From: a virus
Taxonomy: Duplodnaviria > Caudoviricetes
IMG/VR virus record: IMGVR_UViG_3300020034_000021
Location: 1-52,769 of that record
Direction: 5' to 3' (one strand)
DNA length: 52,769 nt
Position numbers and translations under genes: made by a program. The notes below the pieces were generated by a model. It had not been told where the DNA came from. It saw only the letters and a program-made list of their open reading frames with translations, and did no database searches. This document shows, one piece after another, positions 1 through 9,491 of the stretch (positions are counted from its first letter, which is position 1; each line of letters starts with the position of its first letter).

Positions 1-224
1 TGAGCACTGCTACAATAGCAGGGTCGGCCATTGTACCCAACGGACCTAATAAAATACTTACATCGTTCAATGCAGCACTAGTATTATTTTTCGCAAATTG
101 CACAAAGAATTGAACAACTCTGCCAAGTCGCAATAGTCCAGCGGGAAGCGTTGCTTGCTTCAAAATAACATCTGTTGTTACAGCGCCTTCAGTATTCAAC
201 GTCAAATCAAAAACAAAAAATGTT
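1..224 (+). repeat. Terminal overlap, left copy (assembly circularisation)
   Basis: Matches 52545-52769 with 6 substitutions and a 1-nt indel in the first 101 nt; 102-224 identical. Confidence 0.95.
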
Positions 225-1105
225 GGTGCAGTGACACGCCAATAGGTTCCGTCCCATCGCACTGTCGTACCAGCGGCACCGCCAATATCGCTAATGAGCT
301 TGGATTGTCCGACAGTAGAACCGCTACCGCGCGCTGCCCATGTAGATACAACGGTTGCAGGCTGTTTAGTTGCTAACGCTGTAACCATTGTTGCAGCAAA
401 ATCAGCATCGTCGGCTAACGAGTCAGCCAATTCCTTCAATGTATCAAGTGCACCCGGTGCACCATCAATTAGTGCAGTAATAGCCGCTTTAACAAACGCT
501 GTTGTTGCTAATTGTGTCGTATTTGTCGCGGCACTCGCAGTCGGCGCAGTTGGCGTACCTGTCAATGACGGCGATGCTAACGGCGCTTTCAACGCAAGTG
601 CCGCTACCATCGTCGTAACGAAATTAGCATCATCACCTAACGCTGCTGCTAATTCATTTAACGTATCGAGTGTTCCCGGCGCAGCAGCAACGACACTGGC
701 AATTTCAGCACGAACGAATGCTGTTGTTGCAATTTGCGTTGTATCAGTAGAAGCACTCGCAGTCGGCGCAATTGGTGTGCCTGTCAACGCAGGGGAAACT
801 AGCGGCGCTTTCAACGCTAATGCCGCTGTTGTTGCAGAATCATTTGCTTTTGTAGCTAATGCGGCTGTCGTGGCTGTTGCGCCGGCTTTCGTCGCTAGCG
901 CTGCTGTCGTAGCTGCGTCATCCGCCTTTGTTGCCAATCCTGCCGTCAACGCCGCGTCACTCGCCGCACCAATACCTGCCGCTGTAATGACAACAGCACC
1001 CGTCTGGCTATTAACAGACGTAACGTCACCGCCACCACCGCCACCAGTCGCAGCAGCGGGGCGACCTTTCGGTCGCAAATAAAACGGAAATTTTGGAAAT
1101 TGCAT
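1..1105 (-). CDS. Fibre protein, N-terminal part (continues at 52769 to 52292; about 452 aa in total)
   Basis: Not in ORF track; ATG at 1105 gives MQFPKFPF...; two copies of the fibre repeat KAPLxSPxLTGTPxAPT...TTQxATTAFV...APGxLDTLxELA; reads in frame into the 52292..52750 ORF. Confidence 0.85.
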   Translation of the reverse strand, partial: MQFPKFPFYLRPKGRPAAATGGGGGGDVTSVNSQTGAVVITAAGIGAASDAALTAGLATKADDAATTAALATKAGATATTAALATKANDSATTAALALKAPLVSPALTGTPIAPTASASTDTTQIATTAFVRAEIASVVAAAPGTLDTLNELAAALGDDANFVTTMVAALALKAPLASPSLTGTPTAPTASAATNTTQLATTAFVKAAITALIDGAPGALDTLKELADSLADDADFAATMVTALATKQPATVVSTWAARGSGSTVGQSKLISDIGGAAGTTVRWDGTYWRVTAPTFFVFDLTLNTEGAVTTDVILKQATLPAGLLRLGRVVQFFVQFAKNNTSAALNDVSILLGPLGTMADPAIVAVL

Positions 1106-1115
1106 GACGTTCTGC

Positions 1116-1292
1116 TTATGCAGACGCCATTAAACCAGCGGCTTTTAGTTTCACTAACAGTGCATCAAACTGCACTTTTAGTGCTGCTACATCAGCCGCA
1201 GTAGCCGCAGCTTGTACTGGCATTTGTTTCGCAACGCCAGCTTTACCGGCAGTTGATCTAGCATTCGCTAATGTACGTGGGGCGCCTTTCAT
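1116..1292 (-). CDS. Small head fibre/decoration protein (58 aa)
   Basis: Not in track; MKGAPRT...ATAADVAALKVQFDALLVKLKAAGLMASA, typical head-fibre C-terminus; GGAG upstream; follows capsid gene. Confidence 0.75.
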   Translation of the reverse strand: MKGAPRTLANARSTAGKAGVAKQMPVQAAATAADVAALKVQFDALLVKLKAAGLMASA

Positions 1293-1381
1293 TGTCGCAA
1301 CTCCTAAGTTAAATATTTGCTTAACATCTCTCGCCGGAAATTCTCACGAATAAACCGGCAAGAGAGCAACCAACTTATCAG

Positions 1382-2407
1382 TTACGCTTTCGAAAGCAAA
1401 AACGCCATTGGTACCTGTTTACGCGCAACAATACGATTCCAGTGCGCGGCCAACGCAAGATCTGCGTTCACCGGACTAAATTCGGTTATTGCCGCGCCAG
1501 CTTCGATCCAATCGAAACCGAACGGATGCAGAATCAGCGTTCGACGTTCGCCGATTGATTCCTGACCGCCGCCTTGGCCAGCTTGTTCTACACGTTCAAC
1601 CCATACCGGATTCATAGGCGTTCCTTCGCCTAGTGCAAACTCATGACCTTCGACGCCACCAAAGCCAAACGCACCCGCGCCAAAGAATACCGACGTGTAG
1701 ACCGTTGATAGACCGCTGCCCGTCTTGGGCATATTGTCGTCAACAATGACACGCTTGCCGCGATAGAACTTAACCGGGAAACCCTGACTGTCAGGAATTA
1801 CGTCAATTAAATCGTTTTTCTCCATTCGCGCGAGAACTTGCGAATGCACGGCAATGGCAACAAAGGAACCTGCGGCGTCTCCCATCGTGAATTCGGCGTC
1901 AATGGTCGATTCGGCAGTAAAAATGCCATCGCTCACCGCAGAAATGTTCACAATCATGTCGCCGCCGTCGTTCGCCAGATTGTCGGCATAGATACCAGCA
2001 ACTGTGGCAATCAAACGACGTTGGTCACGACGCTGCCAATAAACACCAAACCGATTACGAATGCGCTGCATTGGGCTAGAACCGGCTAACTCCGCCACAA
2101 GATCCATTGCGGAATACGACTGGTTAACGAAACACTTCCGATAGTGCATCGTCGCAGAACCCAGCTTATTTGGTACGGCAAAGTCAGCCGGATCATCGTT
2201 CGATTGATTCTCTTCAATCGTCGGATCAAGGTCCAGCCAAAACGGGATGGTGCCCGTTATGCCGCCAGCACGCGCAATGGTGTCAAATAGCGCATTGCGG
2301 GCAATGACGCCAGACGAAAAGAACTGAGTAGTTTCAGGAAGGTTCAGCGCAGTGTAACTACGGTAAACCGTAGGGACGACAGCATCCGTAAGACGTACAA
2401 CAGCCAT
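1382..2407 (-). CDS. Major capsid protein
   Basis: 341 aa after scaffold; IPFWLDLD and ILHPFG motifs of siphovirus capsids; GAGG RBS. Confidence 0.9.
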   Translation of the reverse strand: MAVVRLTDAVVPTVYRSYTALNLPETTQFFSSGVIARNALFDTIARAGGITGTIPFWLDLDPTIEENQSNDDPADFAVPNKLGSATMHYRKCFVNQSYSAMDLVAELAGSSPMQRIRNRFGVYWQRRDQRRLIATVAGIYADNLANDGGDMIVNISAVSDGIFTAESTIDAEFTMGDAAGSFVAIAVHSQVLARMEKNDLIDVIPDSQGFPVKFYRGKRVIVDDNMPKTGSGLSTVYTSVFFGAGAFGFGGVEGHEFALGEGTPMNPVWVERVEQAGQGGGQESIGERRTLILHPFGFDWIEAGAAITEFSPVNADLALAAHWNRIVARKQVPMAFLLSKA

Positions 2408-2422
2408 TGGGGTTATCCTCTA

Positions 2423-3136
2423 TCAAGCCACCGGGAACATTTCATTGAACTTGGTTGGGTTCGTATTAAATAACGCAACCCGCTCTTGTTCACTGTATTC
2501 ACTGGCTTTCTTAGAGGCACCGCCCCCGTGATTGCCGCCCGATCCACCGGACCCGGACGCTTTGCTACCGATCAAAATATCCTCAAATTCCTTATTGTCA
2601 AGTGTCTCCTTTTTCAAATCAGCCAAAGTCAAGGCCGACGCCTTTCCATCCTTGTCGCGCACACGAACAATCGGCATGTCGCCGTCATAATCAATATACA
2701 CACGTTCCGCTAACAAACGTGCATCGCGTTGCGGCTTCAAAAAGATTTCAGCGGCCATTGCATCAACTGCACCTTGTACCATGACTTTTTCAAGCTGTGC
2801 CTTTAACTTCGCAACAACCTCATCAGAATCCTTCTTAGCTTTTGCAAGCTTATCTGACCAACTCTTTTCAATGTTAGTCAAATCTTCAGTCTTGTGTCGA
2901 TCACCGGGCGGCAAAGCTTTCAATTCATCAATTTGTGCTTGCAATTCCTTTGCTTTCTTTTCAGCTTCATTCGCCCGTGCTTGTTCACGTTCCTTTCCAC
3001 GTCGCAACTCTGCCGCAATTTCAACATCATCAATATCCAGCTTGTAATTATCACCATCGGTAATATACAAACTCTTCGCAGCTTCGTCCTCAAGCTTTTC
3101 CCATTCCTCTTTCGTCAACTTCAATTTACGCTTCAT
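2423..3136 (-). CDS. Capsid scaffolding protein
   Basis: Charged coiled coil with GSGG-rich C-terminus, upstream of capsid gene; start 3136 or 3163. Confidence 0.8.
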   Translation of the reverse strand: MKRKLKLTKEEWEKLEDEAAKSLYITDGDNYKLDIDDVEIAAELRRGKEREQARANEAEKKAKELQAQIDELKALPPGDRHKTEDLTNIEKSWSDKLAKAKKDSDEVVAKLKAQLEKVMVQGAVDAMAAEIFLKPQRDARLLAERVYIDYDGDMPIVRVRDKDGKASALTLADLKKETLDNKEFEDILIGSKASGSGGSGGNHGGGASKKASEYSEQERVALFNTNPTKFNEMFPVA

Positions 3137-3178
3137 AATAGCACCGCTAAAAAAGTCACGCACCGCATGACTGTGAAT

Positions 3179-4177
3179 TTACCCTGTGATAATCGTCTCA
3201 GCAGAGTCCTTAAACTGTTCTGTCGTAATCGCTTTCTTAAATGCAAAATTTTGCATCTTTTCTGGCTGTCGCTTGATCCATCTATTAAATGTATCCTTGA
3301 TTTCAACATCGCCGCCACGATACGGAATAATCATGCTTCTGCATCTAATGTGGGCAGGCGGATACGGCCCTGTGCCATGCTTGTAAATTTTCTGATTACG
3401 ACCGCGACAAATATCTGTTGTGCCGCTATCAATGACACTAACCCATCGATATTGACCAAACAATGCTGATTGTACACTGGCAGAAACAATCGCTTCGATA
3501 TGCTGAATCGCCGTTGATAACACAGCGTCAGCTTGATTTGTTACCTTCTCTATTTGCTTTTTCGCTTCGGCAATTGTTGTAGAAACGCTCCAGCTATTCG
3601 AATAGCCTTTGCGTATTGTATTTTCCATTGATAGCTGTGCAGAAGCACCGAATGACTTAAGAAAAGGATTTAGTAATGCACCGTTAGCGGCAATCGGTTC
3701 GCTTTGAATGTTTGCCCACAATTTATCTGAGCCAGTTGCAATCGCCGCTAGACCAAAGAGCGCAATGAAATTGTTCTTTTTGTTTTCGGCTTCAATGAAG
3801 GTTGACGCCTGTTTGTCAGTCGGAATAAAATGCGGTTCATCTTCTTCTAATTCGACAAAACTAGAGACATTGACAATGCGATTGACCGTCAATGATGCGT
3901 GCATGAAGTCATTTAATTGCTTGAATATCTTTTCCAAATAGCTGCTATAGACTTTTCGCTGTGAGGCGCGCAACGTCGCTACTAGCACATTCAATTGTGC
4001 CTTCGTCAGTGCATCTAAACTCTTTGCATCAACGCGAAATAGCAACTTACGGAACTCGAAATACACTTCTTGTGCGACCGCTCTGAATTCCGCACTTTGA
4101 TGCGCCTTAACTGCTTCGACATACAATTGCAGTCGAATAGCAATATTGAACAGGCGTTGCGAGTCGCGTAGGCTCAT
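3179..4177 (-). CDS. Minor head protein (SPP1 gp7 / Mu gpF family)
   Basis: WVSVIDSGTTDICR and PPAHIRCRS motifs; between portal and scaffold. Confidence 0.9.
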   Translation of the reverse strand: MSLRDSQRLFNIAIRLQLYVEAVKAHQSAEFRAVAQEVYFEFRKLLFRVDAKSLDALTKAQLNVLVATLRASQRKVYSSYLEKIFKQLNDFMHASLTVNRIVNVSSFVELEEDEPHFIPTDKQASTFIEAENKKNNFIALFGLAAIATGSDKLWANIQSEPIAANGALLNPFLKSFGASAQLSMENTIRKGYSNSWSVSTTIAEAKKQIEKVTNQADAVLSTAIQHIEAIVSASVQSALFGQYRWVSVIDSGTTDICRGRNQKIYKHGTGPYPPAHIRCRSMIIPYRGGDVEIKDTFNRWIKRQPEKMQNFAFKKAITTEQFKDSAETIITG

Positions 4178-4437
4178 TTTAATTTTCTCAAAGTTATTTT
4201 TGTAATTTCAAGTTGCAAGTAAGCAAACTGTTCTTCCCATTTAAGACCAGCTAAAAACGTACTAGTATCAATTTCATCATTCGATCTATCAATCAAAATT
4301 ACATACATTCCATCCGGTTTTATTTCGCCTTTTTCAATATCGTCAATTATCAATTGTAATACTTCAAGCGGTTTTGCTTGTGTATTGTCACTCATTGCAT
4401 TTAAGCGACGTTTTGTTATTTGATCTATAGCGCTCAT
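4174..4437 (-). CDS. Hypothetical protein
   Basis: 87 aa ORF with ATGA overlaps to both neighbours. Confidence 0.7.
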   Translation of the reverse strand: MSAIDQITKRRLNAMSDNTQAKPLEVLQLIIDDIEKGEIKPDGMYVILIDRSNDEIDTSTFLAGLKWEEQFAYLQLEITKITLRKLK

Positions 4438-5972
4438 GCCGCAGGCTCATCTAGCGTGTTATCGGCTACCGCCTTGGTGGTAGCACCAATTTCCAGCGCC
4501 GCGTCTGCAATCGCCTTAGATTGGTCCTTATCGATTTCTGCCTTGGCTTCTTCGTCCGTTTGCGACGTGCGACCGGCCTTACGTTGAATGTTGCGCATTT
4601 CCGTCCATGACAGTGCGCCGTCTTGCCAGCTCTTGACAACTAGGGCAATTTCTTCGCCGCTCATACGCGATAATTCAAAATCGGTATTCAATTCAAATTT
4701 GATATCGGTTTCAGGTACGTTCATAAACGCAGCACACCATTCCAATGCCCATTGCATAGCAACGGAAACGTTTTTAGCAACTGCTGCTAGAATGGATTCT
4801 TCGGCGGCATTCTCCATGCCGGCCTCTGTGGCGGTACGTTGTACCGTCTTCTGTTCAACAATCTTTGCGCCTAATGCGACCATTTGCCGCTCTTTCGCTT
4901 CCATGCCTTCCTTCGCTGCTGTATTGGGTTCAACTTGAATTAATTCAGCTTTAGCACCGATAGGCAACGGCAAGCCAATGCGCGATCCAAACGGCACCTT
5001 TTTATTTAAAATGGCGTTATACCATTCTGCTGTCAAACCACTAACGACTAGCATGGGTTGACCGACTACATAAATCATTTCTTCGTAGTCAGCGCTGTTG
5101 CAGTAGTGACCAATATTGACGTTGACTAAATCCTCTAGCGGCGCAGGATCAATTGACGCTTCATTATTCTTTGAGCCAACAAATGTGAATGGAATAGAAT
5201 CTAATGGTTTTCCGGCACCATCTTTAGGAAAATAAGGCGCACCAAACTTTTCAAAGTCAGTGCCTTTTGGATCTTTCGCGCGCCACAATTGCACGCTATA
5301 AACATTACTTTCACTCAAACGCAATTCGCGATATTGTGTAGCGTCCTGTGTTTCGAAACCGTCATCTTGTACCGTATAAGTTTCAACTAAGACAACTAGA
5401 CACAAGACCTTTTTAGAACCAAGAACTTTTTCACGCCAATTAATGACATTCTTCGGACCATAGATTGTGATAGTCGGTTGAACGTTACCGTTGGCTAACT
5501 CTGCTTTACTGGCAGCGCGATCAACTGGCGGATAGTCGATAAAAATGCCGCAACGGCCAAATGAGCCGGCGTACCATTCTGCTTCGCGTGAAAGTTGCTC
5601 TGCGCCGATACCGCTACCGTTGCTGTTCGTAACGACATTTTCTAATGCCGCTGGCACTTCAATAACTGGCGCGCGAATAAAAATTTGACCTTGTAGGCCG
5701 AGCGCCGTGCGTTGTGTGACGTTGTAAAAAATTGCACGTTGTATATAAGATCGATAACGCGCTAGATTATCGGTTGATGTATTCGCCGGATCAGGCATTG
5801 GCAAGTAAACAGTTTGTTTACTCTTAACTGCTTCTGCGCCTTTTAAACAGTCGTCAATTTTATCATAGGCATAAAATCGATCTGTTAATTCCGTGCGCTT
5901 AAAACTGATACCAACATTCGGAAGTGTAATAGCAATTCCAGTACCTTGTTCAGTAACAAAAGAAGCAGCCAT
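4434..5972 (-). CDS. Portal protein
   Basis: 512 aa directly after terminase; YLP..RAIFYN, IPFTFVG and TATEA motifs (DUF4055-type portal). Confidence 0.9.
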   Translation of the reverse strand: MAASFVTEQGTGIAITLPNVGISFKRTELTDRFYAYDKIDDCLKGAEAVKSKQTVYLPMPDPANTSTDNLARYRSYIQRAIFYNVTQRTALGLQGQIFIRAPVIEVPAALENVVTNSNGSGIGAEQLSREAEWYAGSFGRCGIFIDYPPVDRAASKAELANGNVQPTITIYGPKNVINWREKVLGSKKVLCLVVLVETYTVQDDGFETQDATQYRELRLSESNVYSVQLWRAKDPKGTDFEKFGAPYFPKDGAGKPLDSIPFTFVGSKNNEASIDPAPLEDLVNVNIGHYCNSADYEEMIYVVGQPMLVVSGLTAEWYNAILNKKVPFGSRIGLPLPIGAKAELIQVEPNTAAKEGMEAKERQMVALGAKIVEQKTVQRTATEAGMENAAEESILAAVAKNVSVAMQWALEWCAAFMNVPETDIKFELNTDFELSRMSGEEIALVVKSWQDGALSWTEMRNIQRKAGRTSQTDEEAKAEIDKDQSKAIADAALEIGATTKAVADNTLDEPAA

Positions 5973-5984
5973 AATATTTTCACT

Positions 5985-7505
5985 CTACACAAAACTTAAG
6001 TCGATACTACTAACTAACGAATTATTGCCAGCTAGTAATCTGTATTTGATAACGTCAAACGTATGCTTTTCATAATTGCGGTCTACTTCGTCAGGTTTCT
6101 CTTCGTCGCGTGGTATCGGCGGAAGTAATTCAATCGTGGCCGGACAACGGCGCGTCACATAAAACGCTTTACCTTCACGGCGCAATGCAGCTTCCAATCG
6201 ATCCCGCAATACTTGCAAACCCATCGCATTAGATCCCGGCGACTTATCAGATTCAGTCCAGCCAATACCTTTAACGCGCATCTTGGCTTCAATCGTCTCA
6301 ACACTCACGTCATTGACGTTGCGAATCTGATTATCTGCCGGCCCTGCCTTCGGCTGTGTCTTGAATATACCCAAACGAATAAAATTGATTTCGCGTTCGC
6401 GAATACCTTCAGCAATCACCGTCGGCGACAATTTCAAACCTTTGTTCGTACCAATTTCGCGTGTGCCATACCATTCGGCTACTTGAATCAATGAACCTGC
6501 GACCGGACAAAAAATACTGCCATCAGGCATCGTCACTTCTTCGCCGTTAGCTTCTGCAAACCATGCGACTTGAAACGGTTCTGTTGATCCCCAATCGAAC
6601 CCTCGATCAATTCGCCAATTAGCAGGAATGGGAAAATCAGTAGGTAAGATATGAACGTTATCATCCCAAAGATCGTCAATAGCGCCACCAGCAGTGACAT
6701 TCCAATCACCATACAACCACGCACGACGCAAATTCGGATCGGTAATTGACTCCAATCCGGCAATGTATTCCGGTGACAAAAACGTATTCTCGCGCCAACT
6801 TCCAAAAATGTGTACATGTGTTTTAGTAACTAATTCGTCTTTCTGCGTTCGTGGATTGAATACTTCGTACGTCTTGCGAACAACTTCGCCCGGTTCTGAA
6901 CCATCAATCAAATTTCGCTTAACCCAATTTCGACCAACGCCACTAGGATTCGTCGTACTAAATACTTCAAGCGGAATTTCAGGTAATGGATGTTTCGGAT
7001 CAGGACTATTCAACTCAGGAAGAAATGACGAGCGGTTAATACTCATCATCTTAAAATACAAATCCCCTGTCGGAAACTTCGTTAACTCATTCCATCCTAA
7101 AAATGGAATTGACCAACCATGAAACCCTTCATAATCAGAAATGCGTTTGACGTGGCGAAACATCAACTCTTCGCCAGTCGGCCAAACCCATTTGTATTCC
7201 TGTGCACTCGATAAAAAATGTGCGCCGTCGCCAAACTTCGTAAAGAACCGTTCCGATTGTGCAACTAGATCAGAAAGATTCTTAAATTCACGATCAAATA
7301 TAATTCCTCGCCAAAATGCACCGTAGCCAATGCCGACGCGCCTTCGGTAGCGCATCAATTGCGCTAATGTTTTTGCAGCACCGCGCGCTCCATGATACAA
7401 CGTTGAATGACAGCGACTATCAAGCGCAATCGTTTGTGATCCCGGTAACGGTTCCCATACGACATTGATTAAATCCTGCTTACGTACTGCGGACACTGGC
7501 AACAA
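5985..7505 (-). CDS. terL: Terminase large subunit
   Basis: Walker A-like GARGAAKT, TTNPSG, nuclease GFDWG and C-terminal HTFD. Confidence 0.95.
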   Translation of the reverse strand: MLPVSAVRKQDLINVVWEPLPGSQTIALDSRCHSTLYHGARGAAKTLAQLMRYRRRVGIGYGAFWRGIIFDREFKNLSDLVAQSERFFTKFGDGAHFLSSAQEYKWVWPTGEELMFRHVKRISDYEGFHGWSIPFLGWNELTKFPTGDLYFKMMSINRSSFLPELNSPDPKHPLPEIPLEVFSTTNPSGVGRNWVKRNLIDGSEPGEVVRKTYEVFNPRTQKDELVTKTHVHIFGSWRENTFLSPEYIAGLESITDPNLRRAWLYGDWNVTAGGAIDDLWDDNVHILPTDFPIPANWRIDRGFDWGSTEPFQVAWFAEANGEEVTMPDGSIFCPVAGSLIQVAEWYGTREIGTNKGLKLSPTVIAEGIREREINFIRLGIFKTQPKAGPADNQIRNVNDVSVETIEAKMRVKGIGWTESDKSPGSNAMGLQVLRDRLEAALRREGKAFYVTRRCPATIELLPPIPRDEEKPDEVDRNYEKHTFDVIKYRLLAGNNSLVSSIDLSFV

Positions 7506-7962
7506 CCTTTTCGCGCAATTGGTTTTGTTGCTCTAATGCTCGCTTTTCCCAATTTTCATCGCTGCCATGATCCGGCACCAGCATTACATTATTTTGAATA
7601 TTGACAATGTTGCCTGTCTCCTTTGGGTAGTAGTCCATGATTTTCAAATGCATATCAAAATACTTTGCCGCTGCTGCCGGATCAGTCTTCTTTAGTATTT
7701 TATGAGTTTCAAGCGCTTCACGTGCTAAGTCGGCTTTTGTTGGCAAGAATGCAAACTCGCCTTTTTCTTCTTTTAATAACCTTTGATGTTCAATAACAAC
7801 GGGATCGCTAACCCATTCCATAGAAGCACGAAATGCACCATTAGTATCTAATCCAAATATCTCTAACGCAACTTTGAATGCATCATAAGGATTTTTAAGC
7901 AACCCTTCGGCGAACTGCAACTTGCGTTCATCAACGATGACAAATGGCGATAACAGTTTCAT
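7480..7962 (-). CDS. terS: Terminase small subunit
   Basis: Overlaps terL start; helical with NNVMLVP C-terminal segment. Confidence 0.75.
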   Translation of the reverse strand: MKLLSPFVIVDERKLQFAEGLLKNPYDAFKVALEIFGLDTNGAFRASMEWVSDPVVIEHQRLLKEEKGEFAFLPTKADLAREALETHKILKKTDPAAAAKYFDMHLKIMDYYPKETGNIVNIQNNVMLVPDHGSDENWEKRALEQQNQLREKVVASVRST

Positions 7963-8152
7963 TGAAAGTTAAAATTTGCTTTGCGGTTTCCGGTGTCAAT
8001 ACGTCATCTTTGCTAATCAAAATCGGTTTAGCCCATTGACAGCTTGTATCAATGATCTCGCGTGTACTTGTCGCGCAACTGCTTACTAATAGCAGCATCA
8101 TCAAGCTTGTTAATATCTGTCGTAATTTCGTTGGCGTCGGCGATTTTTGCAT
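7931..8152 (-). CDS. Rz1: o-spanin lipoprotein
   Basis: Lipobox LVSSC, CQWAKPI, partly embedded in i-spanin in another frame. Confidence 0.8.
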   Translation of the reverse strand: MQKSPTPTKLRQILTSLMMLLLVSSCATSTREIIDTSCQWAKPILISKDDVLTPETAKQILTFNETVIAICHR

Positions 8153-8285
8153 TGGCTTGCCTCTGTGCTTCGACTCTGCGCGCTTCGTCTTTCGCTTTGC
8201 CTGTGCTGCGACCTTTGAAATAGACGCCAATAATGCCCACAATTATTGTAACGCCTGCGATTAGGTATCCGTATAAAGCTGTCAT
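8049..8285 (-). CDS. Rz: i-spanin
   Basis: N-terminal TM then coiled coil; follows endolysin. Confidence 0.8.
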   Translation of the reverse strand: MTALYGYLIAGVTIIVGIIGVYFKGRSTGKAKDEARRVEAQRQANAKIADANEITTDINKLDDAAISKQLRDKYTRDH

Positions 8286-8629
8286 TTGACACCATCGCGT
8301 TCAGTTGAATAATGGTTTCCGTCTGGCTTTGTGAAGTCTCCTCCCCAACGGCAAAACGGATGCATAGATTTCCATTTGGTACCGATTGTCTTATGTGCTC
8401 TTGAATCAACTTGATACTCGCCATTGATGTACAAATCAAAATCAGCGGCTAATCCAACCAAGTGCAAGGAATTGGAAATGCCTGAACCACTCACTGCATT
8501 TGCATTTGCCTGCGCTTTGCTTCTAACGACTTCGCCGAAAGCGACTTCATAACCGGGCTGTTCAAAAATCCACACGCCTAGTTGACAAATCAACCGGCTA
8601 AACAAACAACGTTGCTCGCGTAATGTCAT
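8282..8629 (-). CDS. Endolysin, M15 family Zn peptidase
   Basis: SLHLVGLAAD, WGGDF and DGNHYS motifs. Confidence 0.92.
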   Translation of the reverse strand: MTLREQRCLFSRLICQLGVWIFEQPGYEVAFGEVVRSKAQANANAVSGSGISNSLHLVGLAADFDLYINGEYQVDSRAHKTIGTKWKSMHPFCRWGGDFTKPDGNHYSTERDGVK

Positions 8630-8717
8630 CTGAAAACGGCGCGCTTCTTACCGGAGAACGTAGTATAGAAGCGCGCCGACCTATGCAGAGTAGAAGTTCA
8701 AAATACTCCGCAACGGT

Positions 8718-8969
8718 TCAGATCGGTTCAGGCGTCGGCGCGTCAGGAATCTTTTCATCCAGCTCATTCGCCTTCGCTTCGACAGCCGAAACCGCCGTTT
8801 CAAGTTCTGGCGAAACATCACCGCCAGCCGCGATCACGTCTCGCAGTTCCTGAATCGTCACTTTCAGTTCGTCGGTCGTCGTTTGCAGTCCGTCGATTTC
8901 CGTGCCAACCTTCGTCAGTTTGTCATTCAGAACGTTTACACGTCCTACCAATTCGCCTTGCGTTGCCAT
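8718..8969 (-). CDS. Small coiled-coil protein
   Basis: GGAG RBS before MATQGEL; amphipathic helices. Confidence 0.75.
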   Translation of the reverse strand: MATQGELVGRVNVLNDKLTKVGTEIDGLQTTTDELKVTIQELRDVIAAGGDVSPELETAVSAVEAKANELDEKIPDAPTPEPI

Positions 8970-8999
8970 GTGATTAAGCTCCAAATAAAAAAAAATAAA

Positions 9000-9209
9000 C
9001 TACTGCTTCGTCCGCCTATGAATCTTTCGATTCAATTCTTTCACCTTTGCCTCCATAGCTTCAATTGCGGCTTCCATTTCTGGCGTTGCTTGGCCAGCAA
9101 CTTGATGAAAATGAATGTCACAGCGGATATTGACATTCAAATCTTGCACGTCATCGTCGCCGTGTTCGTGATCTCGTGCCATAAATAAATTCCTCAAAAA
9201 CTTAAACAT
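9000..9209 (-). CDS. Small protein with C-terminal helix similar to 8718..8969
   Basis: 69 aa; TPEMEAAIEAMEAKVKELNRKI. Confidence 0.7.
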   Translation of the reverse strand: MFKFLRNLFMARDHEHGDDDVQDLNVNIRCDIHFHQVAGQATPEMEAAIEAMEAKVKELNRKIHRRTKQ

Positions 9210-9212
9210 AAA

Positions 9213-9491
9213 TTACAATCCGTAGTTAGCCCAATTGCCTCTGTTACCTGACTGCTTCCTATTCGGACGAATTTTCAGAAGCTTCCGTTTCTGTTGCTCT
9301 TCCAAAGTTAAAGGAATCACTTTAGTTAGCGGACACATAATGTTGTCGCGAATTTTTCGCCATTGTTCTGGCGAGACTTTCAACTGATCAATGTTTTCCT
9401 CAACAGTATAACTACGATTTTCTTCGTAGTTATACCATTTGCATTTTCGCTCTAATCGACGTTTATTGTAACTTGCAGTTGGCGACAACAT
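9213..9491 (-). CDS. Hypothetical basic protein, start uncertain
   Basis: Fills gap in operon; no clear RBS. Confidence 0.4.
   Translation of the reverse strand: MLSPTASYNKRRLERKCKWYNYEENRSYTVEENIDQLKVSPEQWRKIRDNIMCPLTKVIPLTLEEQQKRKLLKIRPNRKQSGNRGNWANYGL

Noticed and set aside
1-224. Diversity-generating retroelement TR/VR pair in the fibre gene
   Set aside because: Substitutions are synonymous and not adenine-specific, no reverse transcriptase is present, and the copies are the contig ends
294-1082. 262-aa plus-strand ORF
   Set aside because: Antisense shadow of the Ala/Thr-rich fibre gene
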